The translations under genes were made by a program, and so were the position numbers. From assembly GCA_027064425.1 (NCBI GenBank), contig JAMOPO010000015.1, positions 320,001 through 384,000 of the forward strand: a stretch of DNA of 64,000 bases. Reading direction: 5' to 3'. Below the pieces are notes generated by a model that was not told the origin of the DNA, did not search any database, and was given only the letters and a program-made list of their open reading frames with translations. Every line of letters starts with the position of its first letter. Position 1 is the first letter of the stretch. Positions 36,660 through 46,147 of this stretch are shown piece after piece. Origin of the DNA: Methanobacteriota archaeon (GTDB lineage Archaea > JAADCQ01 > Methanopyri > Methanopyrales > Methanopyraceae).

Positions 36660-37052
36660 CTAGTACACGTAGGCCAGCAGTCGGCCGCCGATGCCGCGCT
36701 CCTTCGCCTCGTAGTGAGACATCACGCCCTCGGGCGTGGTCACGATCAGGATGCCGAAGTCACGGGCCGGCAGGTACCGCTGCTCCCAGTACTCCCACTC
36801 GTCCTTCTTCACCGGGTGCCGGGGCTTGATCACGCCGCAGTCGTTGATCCTGCCCACCAGCCGGACCAGGAACTTGCCGGAACGTCCGTCGTCGATGAAC
36901 TCGAAGCTGCCGATGTATCCGTGCTCCTGCATGACCTTCAGCACGCGGCCGATGAGCTTGGAGGCGGGCTCGATGACGCACTCCTTGTTGCCGACCATCT
37001 CGTTGTTCTTGATCGTGGCCATCGCGTCGGCCAGCGGGTCCATCAGGGTCAT
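36660..37052 (-). CDS. rps8: 30S ribosomal protein S8
   Basis: [28 protein letters not shown]. Confidence 0.97.
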   Translation of the reverse strand: MTLMDPLADAMATIKNNEMVGNKECVIEPASKLIGRVLKVMQEHGYIGSFEFIDDGRSGKFLVRLVGRINDCGVIKPRHPVKKDEWEYWEQRYLPARDFGILIVTTPEGVMSHYEAKERGIGGRLLAYVY

Positions 37053-37091
37053 GAGGGCGTCACCCCCCAGGGACCGCGGGTGGGTGCGGGC

Positions 37092-37238
37092 CTAGTGGTA
37101 CTTCTTGAAACCCATCTTCTCCGCCACCTCTCGGAAGCACTGCCGACAGAGCATGATCCCGTACTTCTGAATGACTCCGTGCGTGTCGCCACAGCGCCGG
37201 CACCTGCGAGCGCCCTTACCAAACTCCCGCTTGGCCAT
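37092..37238 (-). CDS. rps14: 30S ribosomal protein S14 (48 aa, missing from ORF track)
   Basis: [48 protein letters not shown]; expected position between L5 and S8. Confidence 0.95.
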   Translation of the reverse strand: MAKREFGKGARRCRRCGDTHGVIQKYGIMLCRQCFREVAEKMGFKKYH

Positions 37239-37244
37239 GGCTCG

Positions 37245-37808
37245 TCACCCCGGCACGACCTCCACGTCGAACTCCTCCTCCATGAAGACGATTCCCTCCT
37301 CCTTCGTCAGGCGGTGTCGACGCGGGATGGGCCGGCGGCAGCGGCGGCGACGCATCACGCGGAACCCGGGTCGTTCCAGTACCACGGCGATGTCCATTCC
37401 GAAAATACCGATTTCGGGGTCGTACTCGACGCCCTCGATGGCGATGTGCTCTTCCAGGCCGAACGAGACGTTGCCGAACTCATCGAACTGGCTCTCCTTC
37501 AGCTCGCGACCGATAGCGTCCAGGGCCTTGTCCAGGAACTCCCGGGCCCGCTCGCGGCGCAGGTCCACCTTGACGCCGATGGGCTGGCCGCGGCGGATAC
37601 CGAAGCTCGGGTTCGTCTCCTTGGCGACCGTGTACACGGGCTTCTGGCCGGTGAGATCGTGGAGGAGCTGGTAGGCCTTCTCCAGCCGCTCGCCCGACTC
37701 GCCGACGCCGATGTTGACCGTGACCTTACCGATCCGCGGCCGGCGCATCGGGTTGCTCTCCCAGTCCTCGAGGATCTTGCGACGGGTCTCCTCGTCCACG
37801 ACGGACAA
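37245..37808 (-). CDS. rpl5: 50S ribosomal protein L5
   Basis: [31 protein letters not shown]. Confidence 0.96.
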   Translation of the reverse strand: MSVVDEETRRKILEDWESNPMRRPRIGKVTVNIGVGESGERLEKAYQLLHDLTGQKPVYTVAKETNPSFGIRRGQPIGVKVDLRRERAREFLDKALDAIGRELKESQFDEFGNVSFGLEEHIAIEGVEYDPEIGIFGMDIAVVLERPGFRVMRRRRCRRPIPRRHRLTKEEGIVFMEEEFDVEVVPG

Positions 37809-37814
37809 GGGTGG

Positions 37815-38603
37815 CTAGGCCCCCTCCTCGGGCTGGACGGTGACCAGTGGCTCGTCCTTGCCGATCACGATGAGCCGGTCCTTCGTCGTCTGGAACTGGT
37901 CGCCCTCCTCGTTTTCGATGGTCACGAGGTCCTCCTGCGGGCCCTGGATCTTCTTGATCTCGACGATGCGGCCGACCTCGCCCGCGTGCCGGCCCATCAT
38001 GACGTAGACGTATACGCCCTCCTCCATCGGGATGTGGTCCTCCACCTCCCACCGCTCGTCGCTGTCCGGCTCCGGCAGCCGCAGGACCAGGCTGTCGCCG
38101 ACGCTGTACACGTCCTCCTTCGGGTCCGTCGGGTCCTCGATCTCCACGAGCCAGTTCTTGCCGTCGTGCATGGTGATCTGCAGGTCGCCGCCCTTGACGT
38201 ACGTCTTGTTCTTGATCCGGCAGACCTTGATCCGGGCCTCCTCCTCGTCGATGGGCACCACGTCGATCCGGTGGTGACGGTTCATGATCACCCGGTAGCA
38301 CTCGCCCGTTCGCGGGATCTCCACGACGTCCATGATGCCGACCGGGTACTTCGGCTCCTTCCGCGGCACGCCGTCGACGTAGATCTCACCGCGCGTGATG
38401 ATCTTCCGCGCCTCTCGGGCGTAGTCCGCGTAGCCCAGGATGTCTCGGACCAAGATCAGCATTGGCACGCTCGTATCCATCGTGTGCGGGCCGGGGTACG
38501 GGCGCGGGGCGAACTTACCGCCTTCCTTCCGCGGGATCGGCCAGGAGTACGGCGCGGCCAGGCGCTTGATGTGGCGCTTGGGACCGCTCCGCGCGCGACC
38601 CAT
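37815..38603 (-). CDS. rps4e: 30S ribosomal protein S4e
   Basis: HIKRLAAP.SW, PGPH, HDGKN. Confidence 0.96.
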   Translation of the reverse strand: MGRARSGPKRHIKRLAAPYSWPIPRKEGGKFAPRPYPGPHTMDTSVPMLILVRDILGYADYAREARKIITRGEIYVDGVPRKEPKYPVGIMDVVEIPRTGECYRVIMNRHHRIDVVPIDEEEARIKVCRIKNKTYVKGGDLQITMHDGKNWLVEIEDPTDPKEDVYSVGDSLVLRLPEPDSDERWEVEDHIPMEEGVYVYVMMGRHAGEVGRIVEIKKIQGPQEDLVTIENEEGDQFQTTKDRLIVIGKDEPLVTVQPEEGA

Positions 38604-38615
38604 TCAGAGCACCCC

Positions 38616-39107
38616 CTACTCCTCTCCCTCAGATTCCTCTTCGGACTCGGACTCCTCCTCGGCCTTCTCTTCGCGCTCCTCCTTCTCTTCTTCTTCCTTA
38701 CCCTCCTTCTCCAGCTCCCGAGCGTCCAGCTCCTCGGGGGTTCCACCGGAGCGCTCGATGATCTTGCGGCGCATCGGGTCGTCGAGCTTGGGCTTGAGGA
38801 TCATGACGTTGGACGGGTGGATCGGGTAGTACACCTCCTCACCGTCCGAGCGCTCGATCGTGGCACCCTCGACGTAGATACGCATGCGTTTCAGGTCCAC
38901 CTTGACGACCTCGCCCTCGTGCCCCTTGAAGTCACCGCGCATGATCCGGACGATGTCGCCCTTCCGGATGGGCAGGCTGCGCCGGTTGTACCGCTTCCGG
39001 AGCTCCGGGTGCAGGGTCGCGCTCATCAGCTTCTGCCGCTTGTGGAGGGGGGCGTTGAAGAAGGCCTTGCGCTGCTTGCGCGGCTGTCTGGACTTGGTCC
39101 AGCGCAC
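38616..39107 (-). CDS. rpl24: 50S ribosomal protein L24 with acidic tail
   Basis: [27 protein letters not shown]. Confidence 0.96.
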   Translation of the reverse strand: MRWTKSRQPRKQRKAFFNAPLHKRQKLMSATLHPELRKRYNRRSLPIRKGDIVRIMRGDFKGHEGEVVKVDLKRMRIYVEGATIERSDGEEVYYPIHPSNVMILKPKLDDPMRRKIIERSGGTPEELDARELEKEGKEEEEKEEREEKAEEESESEEESEGEE

Positions 39108-39119
39108 GGTCGGGACCCC

Positions 39120-39521
39120 CTATACGATGATGCTCGCCAGGCTGCCGATGCGCGGCCAGCGCTCGGCCGCCTCCTTGGCCACGGGTCCTCGGATCTCGGA
39201 GCCTCGCGGGGCACCGTCCGGGGTCGTGATCACGGCCGCGTTGTCCTCGAACTTAACCCGGGTTCCGTCGGGCCGGCGGTACTCCTTCTTCTGCCGGATG
39301 ATCACCGCGTTCACAACCTCCTTCTTCATGTCCGGCGTACCCTCCTTCACCGAGCAGACGACCATGTCACCGATCCCGGCGTTCGGCAGCCGGCGCCGGA
39401 CGCCCTTGTAGCCCTTGACCGCGATGATCTGCAGCTCCCGGGCTCCGGTGTTGTCCGCGCAGACGAGCCGGGCGCCCACCGGCAGCGCGGCGCGCGGGGA
39501 CTTGGCCTTGATCGGGCGCAT
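39120..39521 (-). CDS. rpl14: 50S ribosomal protein L14
   Basis: CADNTGA, FEDNAAV, GPVAKEA. Confidence 0.97.
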   Translation of the reverse strand: MRPIKAKSPRAALPVGARLVCADNTGARELQIIAVKGYKGVRRRLPNAGIGDMVVCSVKEGTPDMKKEVVNAVIIRQKKEYRRPDGTRVKFEDNAAVITTPDGAPRGSEIRGPVAKEAAERWPRIGSLASIIV

Positions 39522-39865
39522 CAGCGCTCACCCGCCCGCTCCAGGACTTCGATGACGACGAAGCTCTTCGTCTTGCTCAGGGGCCGGCACTCCGCGATCT
39601 TGACCCGGTCACCCTCGCGGGCGTCGATGCACGGCGGGTTGTGCGCGGGAATCCGGGACCGCCGGCGCTCCCAGCGCTCGTACTTGTGGTCGTACTTGTA
39701 GTACTCGCGCTCCACGATCACGGTCTTGTCCATCCGGTCGCTGACCACCACGCCCTCCAGGATCATCCCGCGGACCCTCAGGTTGCCGTGGAACGGGCAG
39801 TTCGGGTCGTCACACTCCCGCTTGGGCGGCGTGACTCCGAGCCCGATGTCCTTCGCCTTCGCCAA
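39521..39865 (-). CDS. rps17: 30S ribosomal protein S17
   Basis: [24 protein letters not shown]. Confidence 0.96.
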   Translation of the reverse strand: MAKAKDIGLGVTPPKRECDDPNCPFHGNLRVRGMILEGVVVSDRMDKTVIVEREYYKYDHKYERWERRRSRIPAHNPPCIDAREGDRVKIAECRPLSKTKSFVVIEVLERAGER

Positions 39866-39879
39866 GGACCTGCACCCCC

Positions 39880-40203
39880 TCAGTCCAGGTAGTCCTCCGG
39901 GTCGAAGCGGCCACGGACGGTCTCCGCGTACTTGAACCGCTTAGTTAGCCTTTCCTCCGGACGACCCACGAGCAGGGCGCCGTCAACGCGCACGCGCTCG
40001 CCGGAGGGCAGCTTGAGCTCGAGCAGCACCTGATCTTTTACTATAACCTTTTCACCGGAGTCCGTCTCGAGCACGAGCGTGTTCTTCGTCTCGTCCACGA
40101 TCACGCCCTCCAGACCCTCGTACGGCGGCCCGAGCGACTTGATCACCCGGCACTCCAGTCCTATGAGCTCGTGCCGCAGAAGGTTCCTGGGGGTGATGGG
40201 CAC
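39880..40203 (-). CDS. rnp1: RNase P protein component 1 (Rpp29)
   Basis: [31 protein letters not shown]. Confidence 0.93.
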   Translation of the reverse strand: MPITPRNLLRHELIGLECRVIKSLGPPYEGLEGVIVDETKNTLVLETDSGEKVIVKDQVLLELKLPSGERVRVDGALLVGRPEERLTKRFKYAETVRGRFDPEDYLD

Positions 40204-40632
40204 GTGTCTTCCCCCACCGTCAAGGTCTTCCGCTCGGAGACCTGCCGGCGGCTGCTCTCCCTGGCCCTCGAGGAGGCGAGGGACATCGAGCGCGGCTCGG
40301 ACGACGTCCGGTACGACGCGGACGAGCGCGTCCTGCGGCTCTCGGACGACCCGGCCCGACTCACGATCACCTCGGAGCGGGCGGCGGAGCTGCTCGGGGG
40401 CGACGACCGCGTCGAGCTGACGTTCAACGACCCGGCCGTGGCCGAGACGGAGCGGTGCTGCTTCCTGGACAAGATCCGGCTGGCCGAGGAGCTCGGACGC
40501 CTCCTGGTGCAGCGCAAATTCGAGGAGTTTGCGGAGCGCGTGCGCGGCCTGTCCGAGACCGCCCGAGTCGAGCTGTCCGGCGACCCGGAGTACGAGCCCG
40601 TCGCCCTCCGGTCACCCCTCACCCAGCCGTGA
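40204..40632 (+). CDS. Hypothetical protein antisense to the flanking operon
   Basis: GGGGGTGA RBS then GTG 40204; typical codon and amino-acid composition. Confidence 0.6.
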   Translation: MSSPTVKVFRSETCRRLLSLALEEARDIERGSDDVRYDADERVLRLSDDPARLTITSERAAELLGGDDRVELTFNDPAVAETERCCFLDKIRLAEELGRLLVQRKFEEFAERVRGLSETARVELSGDPEYEPVALRSPLTQP

Positions 40633-41619
40633 GACGATCTCCTCCGTCACCTCCTCCGTGCTCGCCTTCCCACCGATGTCCGGCGTCCGCACGCCCTCTC
40701 GCAGCGTCTCTTCCACCGCGCGCTCGACCGCCCTCGCCTCCTCCTCGTATCCCAGCCACTCGAGCATCATGGCGGCGGAGAGGATGGCGGCGATGGGGTT
40801 GGCGATGCCCTTGCCGGCGATGTCGGGCGCGGACCCGTGCACCGGCTCGAACAGCGCGTGCTCCTCACCCAGGTTCGCGCTCGGCGCCAGGCCGAGACTG
40901 CCCATCAGCCCGGCGGCCAGGTCGGAGAGGACGTCCCCGAAGAGGTTGGAGGTTAGGATTACGTCGAAGCGGTCGGGCTCGAGCACGAGCTTGTAGGCGG
41001 CCGCGTCCACGTACTCCTCCTCCCACTCCAGGCCCCGGGACTCGATCACCTCGGCCGCCTCGCGCTTGAACGTCCCGCAGGTGAGCTTCAGCACGTTCGC
41101 CTTGTGGACGATCGTGACCCTCCCGTCCCGATCCTCGGCCAGGTCGCAGGCGACCTCCGCGACCCTGCGGGCGCCCTTCCGGGAGATCTTCCGGAGGGCG
41201 ATGGTGACCCCGTCGTGCACCTCGCACTCGCAGCCGACGTAGAGCCCCTCCGTGTTCTCGCGCACGATCACAAAGTCAAACTCGGTCTCGGTGGGCCGGG
41301 GGACGGGCCAGGACCGGGCGGGTCGGACGTTCGCGTACAGGTCCAGCTCCCGCCGCAGGCGGACGATGGGGCTCTCCGCCTCGGGGTCCTCGGGCGTCGT
41401 GCAGGCGCCGAAGAGCACGGCATCCGCCTCGCGGCACGCCTCGATGGTGTCCTCCTCGATGGTCACGCCCTTCTCCTTCCAGAGCCGGTAGCCGGCCCTC
41501 CGCTCCTCGAGCTCCAGCTCGCCGCCGAGAACCTCACGGAGGACGCGGACGGCGGCGTCGATCACCTCGGGACCGATGCCGTCGCCGGGGATCACGACGA
41601 CGGTGGGCGACGCGTCCAC
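40612..41619 (-). CDS. Isocitrate/isopropylmalate dehydrogenase family (homoisocitrate dehydrogenase AksF or LeuB)
   Basis: IPGDGIGPEV, YANVRP, RENTEGLY, HKANVL, NLFGDVLSD, EPVHGSAPDIAG. Start GTG 41619 preferred over 41697. Confidence 0.9.
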   Translation of the reverse strand: MDASPTVVVIPGDGIGPEVIDAAVRVLREVLGGELELEERRAGYRLWKEKGVTIEEDTIEACREADAVLFGACTTPEDPEAESPIVRLRRELDLYANVRPARSWPVPRPTETEFDFVIVRENTEGLYVGCECEVHDGVTIALRKISRKGARRVAEVACDLAEDRDGRVTIVHKANVLKLTCGTFKREAAEVIESRGLEWEEEYVDAAAYKLVLEPDRFDVILTSNLFGDVLSDLAAGLMGSLGLAPSANLGEEHALFEPVHGSAPDIAGKGIANPIAAILSAAMMLEWLGYEEEARAVERAVEETLREGVRTPDIGGKASTEEVTEEIVSRLGEG

Positions 41620-41641
41620 CCCCGCGGTCGGTCGGGGAGGA

Positions 41642-41701
41642 CCCTCCGCAAGGCCAATCCTCTTCATCCCGGCGTCCAGCCGGGGCAGGCTCTTCATCGG
41701 G
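41642..41701 (-). ncRNA. Possible degenerate box C/D sRNA
   Basis: CCC-G-ATGAAGA-12nt-TGGA-CGCCGGG-ATGAAGA-12nt-CGGA-GGG. Confidence 0.4.
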
Positions 41702-43046
41702 GGAACTTGGGTGGGATGCGCCCCCGGCGCTCGAACATGGTGGGTCGGTAGTCGGAGACGTCCATAACGGGCGCCTTGCCCAGCAGGCCGCCCATCTCGA
41801 ACTCGTCGCTCGGCTCCTTGCCCGGGGCGGGAATGATGCGCACGGCCGTGGGCTTGCCCGTGGCCACGCCGATGGCGGCCTCGTCCGCGATGATGCCGGC
41901 GATCGTCTCGACGGGCGTGTCACCCGGGATCACGACCATGTCGATGCCGACGGAGCAGACGGCGGTCATCGCCTCGAGCTTCTCCAGGGTCAGCGCCCTC
42001 TTCGCCGCCCGAGCCATCCCGGCGTCCTCGCTCACGGGGATGAAGGCCTCGCTGTAGCCGCCGTGCCGGGAGGTCGCGGCCGCGCCGCCCTTCTTGACCG
42101 CGTCCATCAGGAGGTGCAGGGCGGCCGTGCTGCCGGGGCAGCCGCAGGACTCGAGCCCGATCCCTTCGAGGATCTCGGCCACGCTGTCCCCCTCCTCCGG
42201 CGTGGGGGCGAGGGAGAGGTCCACGGCCCCGAACTCGACGCCGAGGCGCTCGGCGACGCGTCGCCCGACGAGCTCACCGACCCGGGTGATCTTGAACGCG
42301 GTGCGCTTGATCTCGTCGTGCAGGGTGCGGAAGTCGGCGTCACCCAGCTCCTCGATCACGGCGCGAACGACGCCGGGCCCGGAGATCCCGACGTTCACGC
42401 ACGCGTCGGGCTGGCCGACCCCGTGGAACGCGCCGGCCATGAACGGGGTGTTCTCGGGCGCGTTGGTGAGTGCCACGAGCCGGGCGCACCCGTGCCCGTC
42501 CGTCCGCTCGGCCGTCTCCTTCACCGCCTCGGCCGTGCGCTTGATCGCCTCCATGTTGATCCCGTAGCGCTCGTCGGCCACCACGACCGAGGCGCACAGC
42601 CGCTCCGTCCGCTCGATCGCCTCCGGGATCGTGTCCAGTACGACCTCGTCCCCCTCGGCGAACCCGTCGTAGACGAGCGCGGTGTAGCCGCCGATGAAGT
42701 CCACGCCGACCTCCTCGGCGGCCTCGTCCAGAGCGTCCGCGAGCTGCAGCGCGGCCTCCTCCCCGAGCTCCCGGGCGGCCGGGGCGACGATGAGGCAGCA
42801 GGGCGTCACCGCGATCCGCTTGTGAACGATCGGGACCCCCAGCTCCTCCTCCACCTCCTCGACGACTTCGACCAGATCGCCGGCCACGTCGAGCAGCTTC
42901 CGCTTGACGCGCTCGCACAGCTCGCTCGGGTCCGGGCTCGCGCAGTCCAGGAGGCTGACGCCCAGCGTGACCGCCCGCACGTCCAGGTTCATCCGGCGGA
43001 CCATCTCCACGGCCTCGAGCGCCTCCTCCACGTCCAACCGACCCAA
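41694..43046 (-). CDS. DUF711/UPF0210 protein
   Basis: LDVRAVTLGVSL, HKRIAVTP, PFMAGAFHG, DLSLAPTP, AFIPVSED. Confidence 0.9.
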   Translation of the reverse strand: MGRLDVEEALEAVEMVRRMNLDVRAVTLGVSLLDCASPDPSELCERVKRKLLDVAGDLVEVVEEVEEELGVPIVHKRIAVTPCCLIVAPAARELGEEAALQLADALDEAAEEVGVDFIGGYTALVYDGFAEGDEVVLDTIPEAIERTERLCASVVVADERYGINMEAIKRTAEAVKETAERTDGHGCARLVALTNAPENTPFMAGAFHGVGQPDACVNVGISGPGVVRAVIEELGDADFRTLHDEIKRTAFKITRVGELVGRRVAERLGVEFGAVDLSLAPTPEEGDSVAEILEGIGLESCGCPGSTAALHLLMDAVKKGGAAATSRHGGYSEAFIPVSEDAGMARAAKRALTLEKLEAMTAVCSVGIDMVVIPGDTPVETIAGIIADEAAIGVATGKPTAVRIIPAPGKEPSDEFEMGGLLGKAPVMDVSDYRPTMFERRGRIPPKFPR

Positions 43047-43062
43047 CGCGGGAGCCCCCGGC

Positions 43063-43335
43063 CTAGACCCGGTGCATCGCCCGGTACACGTCCTCGTGCT
43101 GCACGACGACCTCCACGCCGAGCTCCTTACCGACCCTCTCCAGCTCCCGGCGCAGCTCCTTCAGGCTCACGTCCGCCTCGGAGAGGTCCACGAGCATGAC
43201 CATCGCGAAGATGTCCCGGAGCACGGTCTGCGAGATGTCCTCAATGTTCACGTTGTGGTCCGCTAGGACGCGCGACACGCCCGCCACGATACCGGGCCGG
43301 TCCACCCCGATGACCGTCACCACGGCCCGGGTCAA
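43063..43335 (-). CDS. ACT-domain protein (UPF0237)
   Basis: TTG 43335; AVVTVIGVDRPGIVA, NIEDISQT, MHRV; classic partner of DUF711. Confidence 0.9.
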   Translation of the reverse strand: MTRAVVTVIGVDRPGIVAGVSRVLADHNVNIEDISQTVLRDIFAMVMLVDLSEADVSLKELRRELERVGKELGVEVVVQHEDVYRAMHRV

Positions 43336-43417
43336 CCCGGTACCCCCGACGTGGTTTCCAAACCCACGCCGAATATGCCCATTAGAACCCCGGTCGGGAC
43401 CGCGGACGGGGCGGATC

Positions 43418-44221
43418 GTGCCCGAGCTGTGGACCTCGATCCTGGCGGGGGTGGTACAGGGCACCCTCGAGTGGTTACCGGTCAGCAGCGAGGGCCAGGC
43501 CGCAATGGCCCTGATGCGAGTTATAGGAGTGCCCCCCAAGGTCGCGCTCGACCTCGCCCTGTGGCTGCACGCCGGGACCCTGCTGGCCGTGCTCGCCCGC
43601 TTCGCGGGACCGTACCTCCGCACGGTCGTCGGGCTGCTCCGGGGCGGTGAGTGGCGCCGGCTCGCGGCCTTCCTGATCGTGGCGACCCTCGCCACGGGCG
43701 CGGTGGGGTTCCCCGTGTACAAGGTGCTCAAGCGCGCGATCTCGGCGGCCACGGGCGACGCCGTCCAGATGCTCATCGGCCTCGCGCTGGTCGTCACCGG
43801 ACTGCTCCTCAGGGTCTCCCCGGCCGGGCTCCGAGACCGGTGGGACGTGGGGCTCGCGGACGCCCTGATCGTGGGGATCGGGCAGGGGTTCGCCGTCATA
43901 CCGGGCATCAGCCGCTCGGGAACGACCATGGCGCTGCTCCTCTGGCGGCGGTTCGAGTCGGAGGACGCGGTCTGGCTCTCCTTCTACCTCGCGGGTCCGG
44001 CGATGCTCGGGGCCACCCTCCTCGAGCTGAAGGAGGGGATGGAGGCGGTACGGGCCGTGGGCGCGGGGTGGATGGTGGGCGCGCTGACCACCTCCTTCAT
44101 CGTCAGCCTGGTCTGCATGGAGGCGCTCCTCCGGGTGGCCCGGCGGCTGGACTTCTCCAAAATCTGCATCCTGCTCGGAGCGATCTCGCTGCTGGTACCG
44201 CTGGTCGGGAAGGTGGCTTAG
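43418..44221 (+). CDS. uppP: Undecaprenyl-diphosphate phosphatase
   Basis: GVVQGTLEWLPVSSEG, PGISRSG. Confidence 0.9.
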   Translation: MPELWTSILAGVVQGTLEWLPVSSEGQAAMALMRVIGVPPKVALDLALWLHAGTLLAVLARFAGPYLRTVVGLLRGGEWRRLAAFLIVATLATGAVGFPVYKVLKRAISAATGDAVQMLIGLALVVTGLLLRVSPAGLRDRWDVGLADALIVGIGQGFAVIPGISRSGTTMALLLWRRFESEDAVWLSFYLAGPAMLGATLLELKEGMEAVRAVGAGWMVGALTTSFIVSLVCMEALLRVARRLDFSKICILLGAISLLVPLVGKVA

Positions 44222-44233
44222 GGGGCGGGGACG

Positions 44234-44626
44234 ATCCCGCCCTCGCTCAAGGAGCTCGCGGCGGTGGCGGCGGGCGGCGCCCTGGGGGCGGTGACGCGCT
44301 ACCTGGTCTCGGGCGCGGTCCCGGAGGTGCGAGGGATCCCGATGGGGACGGTGGTGGTCAACGGGCTCGGGTCGTTCATCCTGGGGTTCGCGATGTGGGC
44401 GGTGAGCCTGGGGATGCGGCTCTCGCCCGAGGCGCGGGCGCTGCTGACCGTGGGGTTCTGCGGTAGCTTGACGACGCTCAGCACGGTGGCGTACGAGTTC
44501 GTCGAGTTGTGGGCGACCTCACCGGTCCTCGCTGTTACCTACTTAACCGTTAACGTGGCCACGGGGGTCCTCGGCGTCCTCGGCGGTGTGGCGCTGGCGC
44601 ACTGGGTCATGGTGGGGAGGGCGTAG
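44234..44626 (+). CDS. crcB: Fluoride channel CrcB/Fluc (start uncertain: 44234 ATC or 44264 GTG)
   Basis: GGALGAVTRY, GTVVVN..GSF, GFCGSLTTLS. Confidence 0.88.
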   Translation: MPPSLKELAAVAAGGALGAVTRYLVSGAVPEVRGIPMGTVVVNGLGSFILGFAMWAVSLGMRLSPEARALLTVGFCGSLTTLSTVAYEFVELWATSPVLAVTYLTVNVATGVLGVLGGVALAHWVMVGRA

Positions 44627-44628
44627 GG

Positions 44629-44961
44629 TTGGCGAGGGAGCTCCAAGAGCCGGTCAAGATGAAGATGTACCTGCTCGAAGGGGATCGGATCGAAGGCGTG
44701 CCCGCCGTGGACTGGGTGCTGAAGAAGGTGAAGGAGCTCGGGCTGCGTGGGGCTACGGTGCACCGCTGCTTCGCCGGGTGCGGGCGACGGGGCCGCTCGG
44801 AGGCCCGGATCCTGAGGCACTCGACCAACCTTCCCATCGTGATCGAGGTCGTGGACGAGAGGGAGCGGGTCGAGCGCCTGGTGAATCTCCTGAAGCGTAA
44901 GGTGGACGTGGGCGTGATCACGGTCGAACGGCTCGAGAAGGCGTACGATCTGGAGGGGTGA
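44629..44961 (+). CDS. DUF190 (PII-like) protein
   Basis: GATVHRC.AG.G, LPIVIEVVD; usual crcB neighbour. Confidence 0.88.
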   Translation: MARELQEPVKMKMYLLEGDRIEGVPAVDWVLKKVKELGLRGATVHRCFAGCGRRGRSEARILRHSTNLPIVIEVVDERERVERLVNLLKRKVDVGVITVERLEKAYDLEG

Positions 44962-44965
44962 ACCC

Positions 44966-46147
44966 GTGCAGAGCCCCTACGTGCGCGAGGCGGTGAAGGA
45001 CCTGGACCTGCCGGACGAGGTGGTCATCTACGACACGACGCTGAGGGACGGCGAGCAGACGCCTGGAGTCAGCTTCACCCCGGAGCAGAAGCTGGAGATC
45101 GCGCACCTCCTGGACGAGCTGGGCGTGCACCAGATCGAGGCCGGATTCCCGGTGGTCTCCGAGGGCGAGAGGGAGGCGGTTCGGAGGATCGCCAGGGAGG
45201 ACCTGGACGCGGATATCCTGTGCCTGGCGAGAACGCTGCGCGGGGACGTGGACGCGGCGGTGGAGTGCGAGGTGGACGGGGTCATCACCTTCATCGCGAC
45301 CTCGGACCTGCACCTGAAGCACAAGCTGAAGATGAGCCGCGAGGAGGTGCTCGAGCGGATCGCGGACACCGTGGAGTACGCGAAGGACCACGGGCTGTGG
45401 GTCGCGTTCTCCGCCGAGGACGGGACACGAACGGAGTTCGAATTCTTGGAAAAGGTGTACCGGACCGCGGAGGAGTGCGGGGCGGACCGCGTGCACGCCA
45501 CGGACACGGTGGGGGTCATGATCCCGGAGGCCATGCGCCGGTTCGTGAGGAAGATCCGCAGGGTCGTGGACCTACCCATCGGGGTGCACTGCCACGACGA
45601 CTTCGGGATGGCCGTGGCGAACTCCCTGGCCGCGGTGGAGGCGGGCGCTCAGGCCATCTCAACCACCGTGAACGGGATCGGCGAGCGCGCGGGCAACGCC
45701 GCGCTCGAAGAGGTGGTAATGGCGCTGGAGAAGCTCTACGGGCTCGACCTCGGCCTCAACACGGAGGTGCTCGCGGAGCTGTCCCGGAAGGTCGCCGAGT
45801 ACTCCGGGATCGACGTGCCCCCGAACAAGGCGGTCGTGGGTGAGAACGCGTTCCGGCACGAGTCCGGAATCCACGTGGCTGCCGTGCTCGAGGAACCCAG
45901 GACGTACGAGCCCATGGACCCGCGCGAGGTGGGGATGGAGCGGAAGATCGTGCTCGGTAAGCACACCGGACGCAAGGCGGTGATCGCCAAGCTGAAGGAG
46001 CTGGGCGTGGAGCCGGAGGAGGAGATAGTCGAAGAGGTCCTGCGCGAGATCAAGGCGCTCGGCGACCGGAAGGTGAGGATCACCGACTCGAAGCTCCGGA
46101 AGATCGTGAAGCGCGCGGTGGAATCGCGAGGAGATCGTGGCTCATGA
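44966..46147 (+). CDS. aksA: Homocitrate synthase-type DRE-TIM enzyme (no regulatory domain)
   Basis: DTTLRDGEQ, HCHDDFG, GERAGNA, HESGIH, LGKHTG; 393 aa. Confidence 0.8.
   Translation: MQSPYVREAVKDLDLPDEVVIYDTTLRDGEQTPGVSFTPEQKLEIAHLLDELGVHQIEAGFPVVSEGEREAVRRIAREDLDADILCLARTLRGDVDAAVECEVDGVITFIATSDLHLKHKLKMSREEVLERIADTVEYAKDHGLWVAFSAEDGTRTEFEFLEKVYRTAEECGADRVHATDTVGVMIPEAMRRFVRKIRRVVDLPIGVHCHDDFGMAVANSLAAVEAGAQAISTTVNGIGERAGNAALEEVVMALEKLYGLDLGLNTEVLAELSRKVAEYSGIDVPPNKAVVGENAFRHESGIHVAAVLEEPRTYEPMDPREVGMERKIVLGKHTGRKAVIAKLKELGVEPEEEIVEEVLREIKALGDRKVRITDSKLRKIVKRAVESRGDRGS

Noticed and set aside
35862-39701. 1279-aa plus-strand ORF
   Set aside because: Antisense shadow of ribosomal protein genes in high-GC DNA.
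44200-44264. Fluoride riboswitch before crcB
   Set aside because: No recognisable GGCGATG...CTGATG core and almost no intergenic space.
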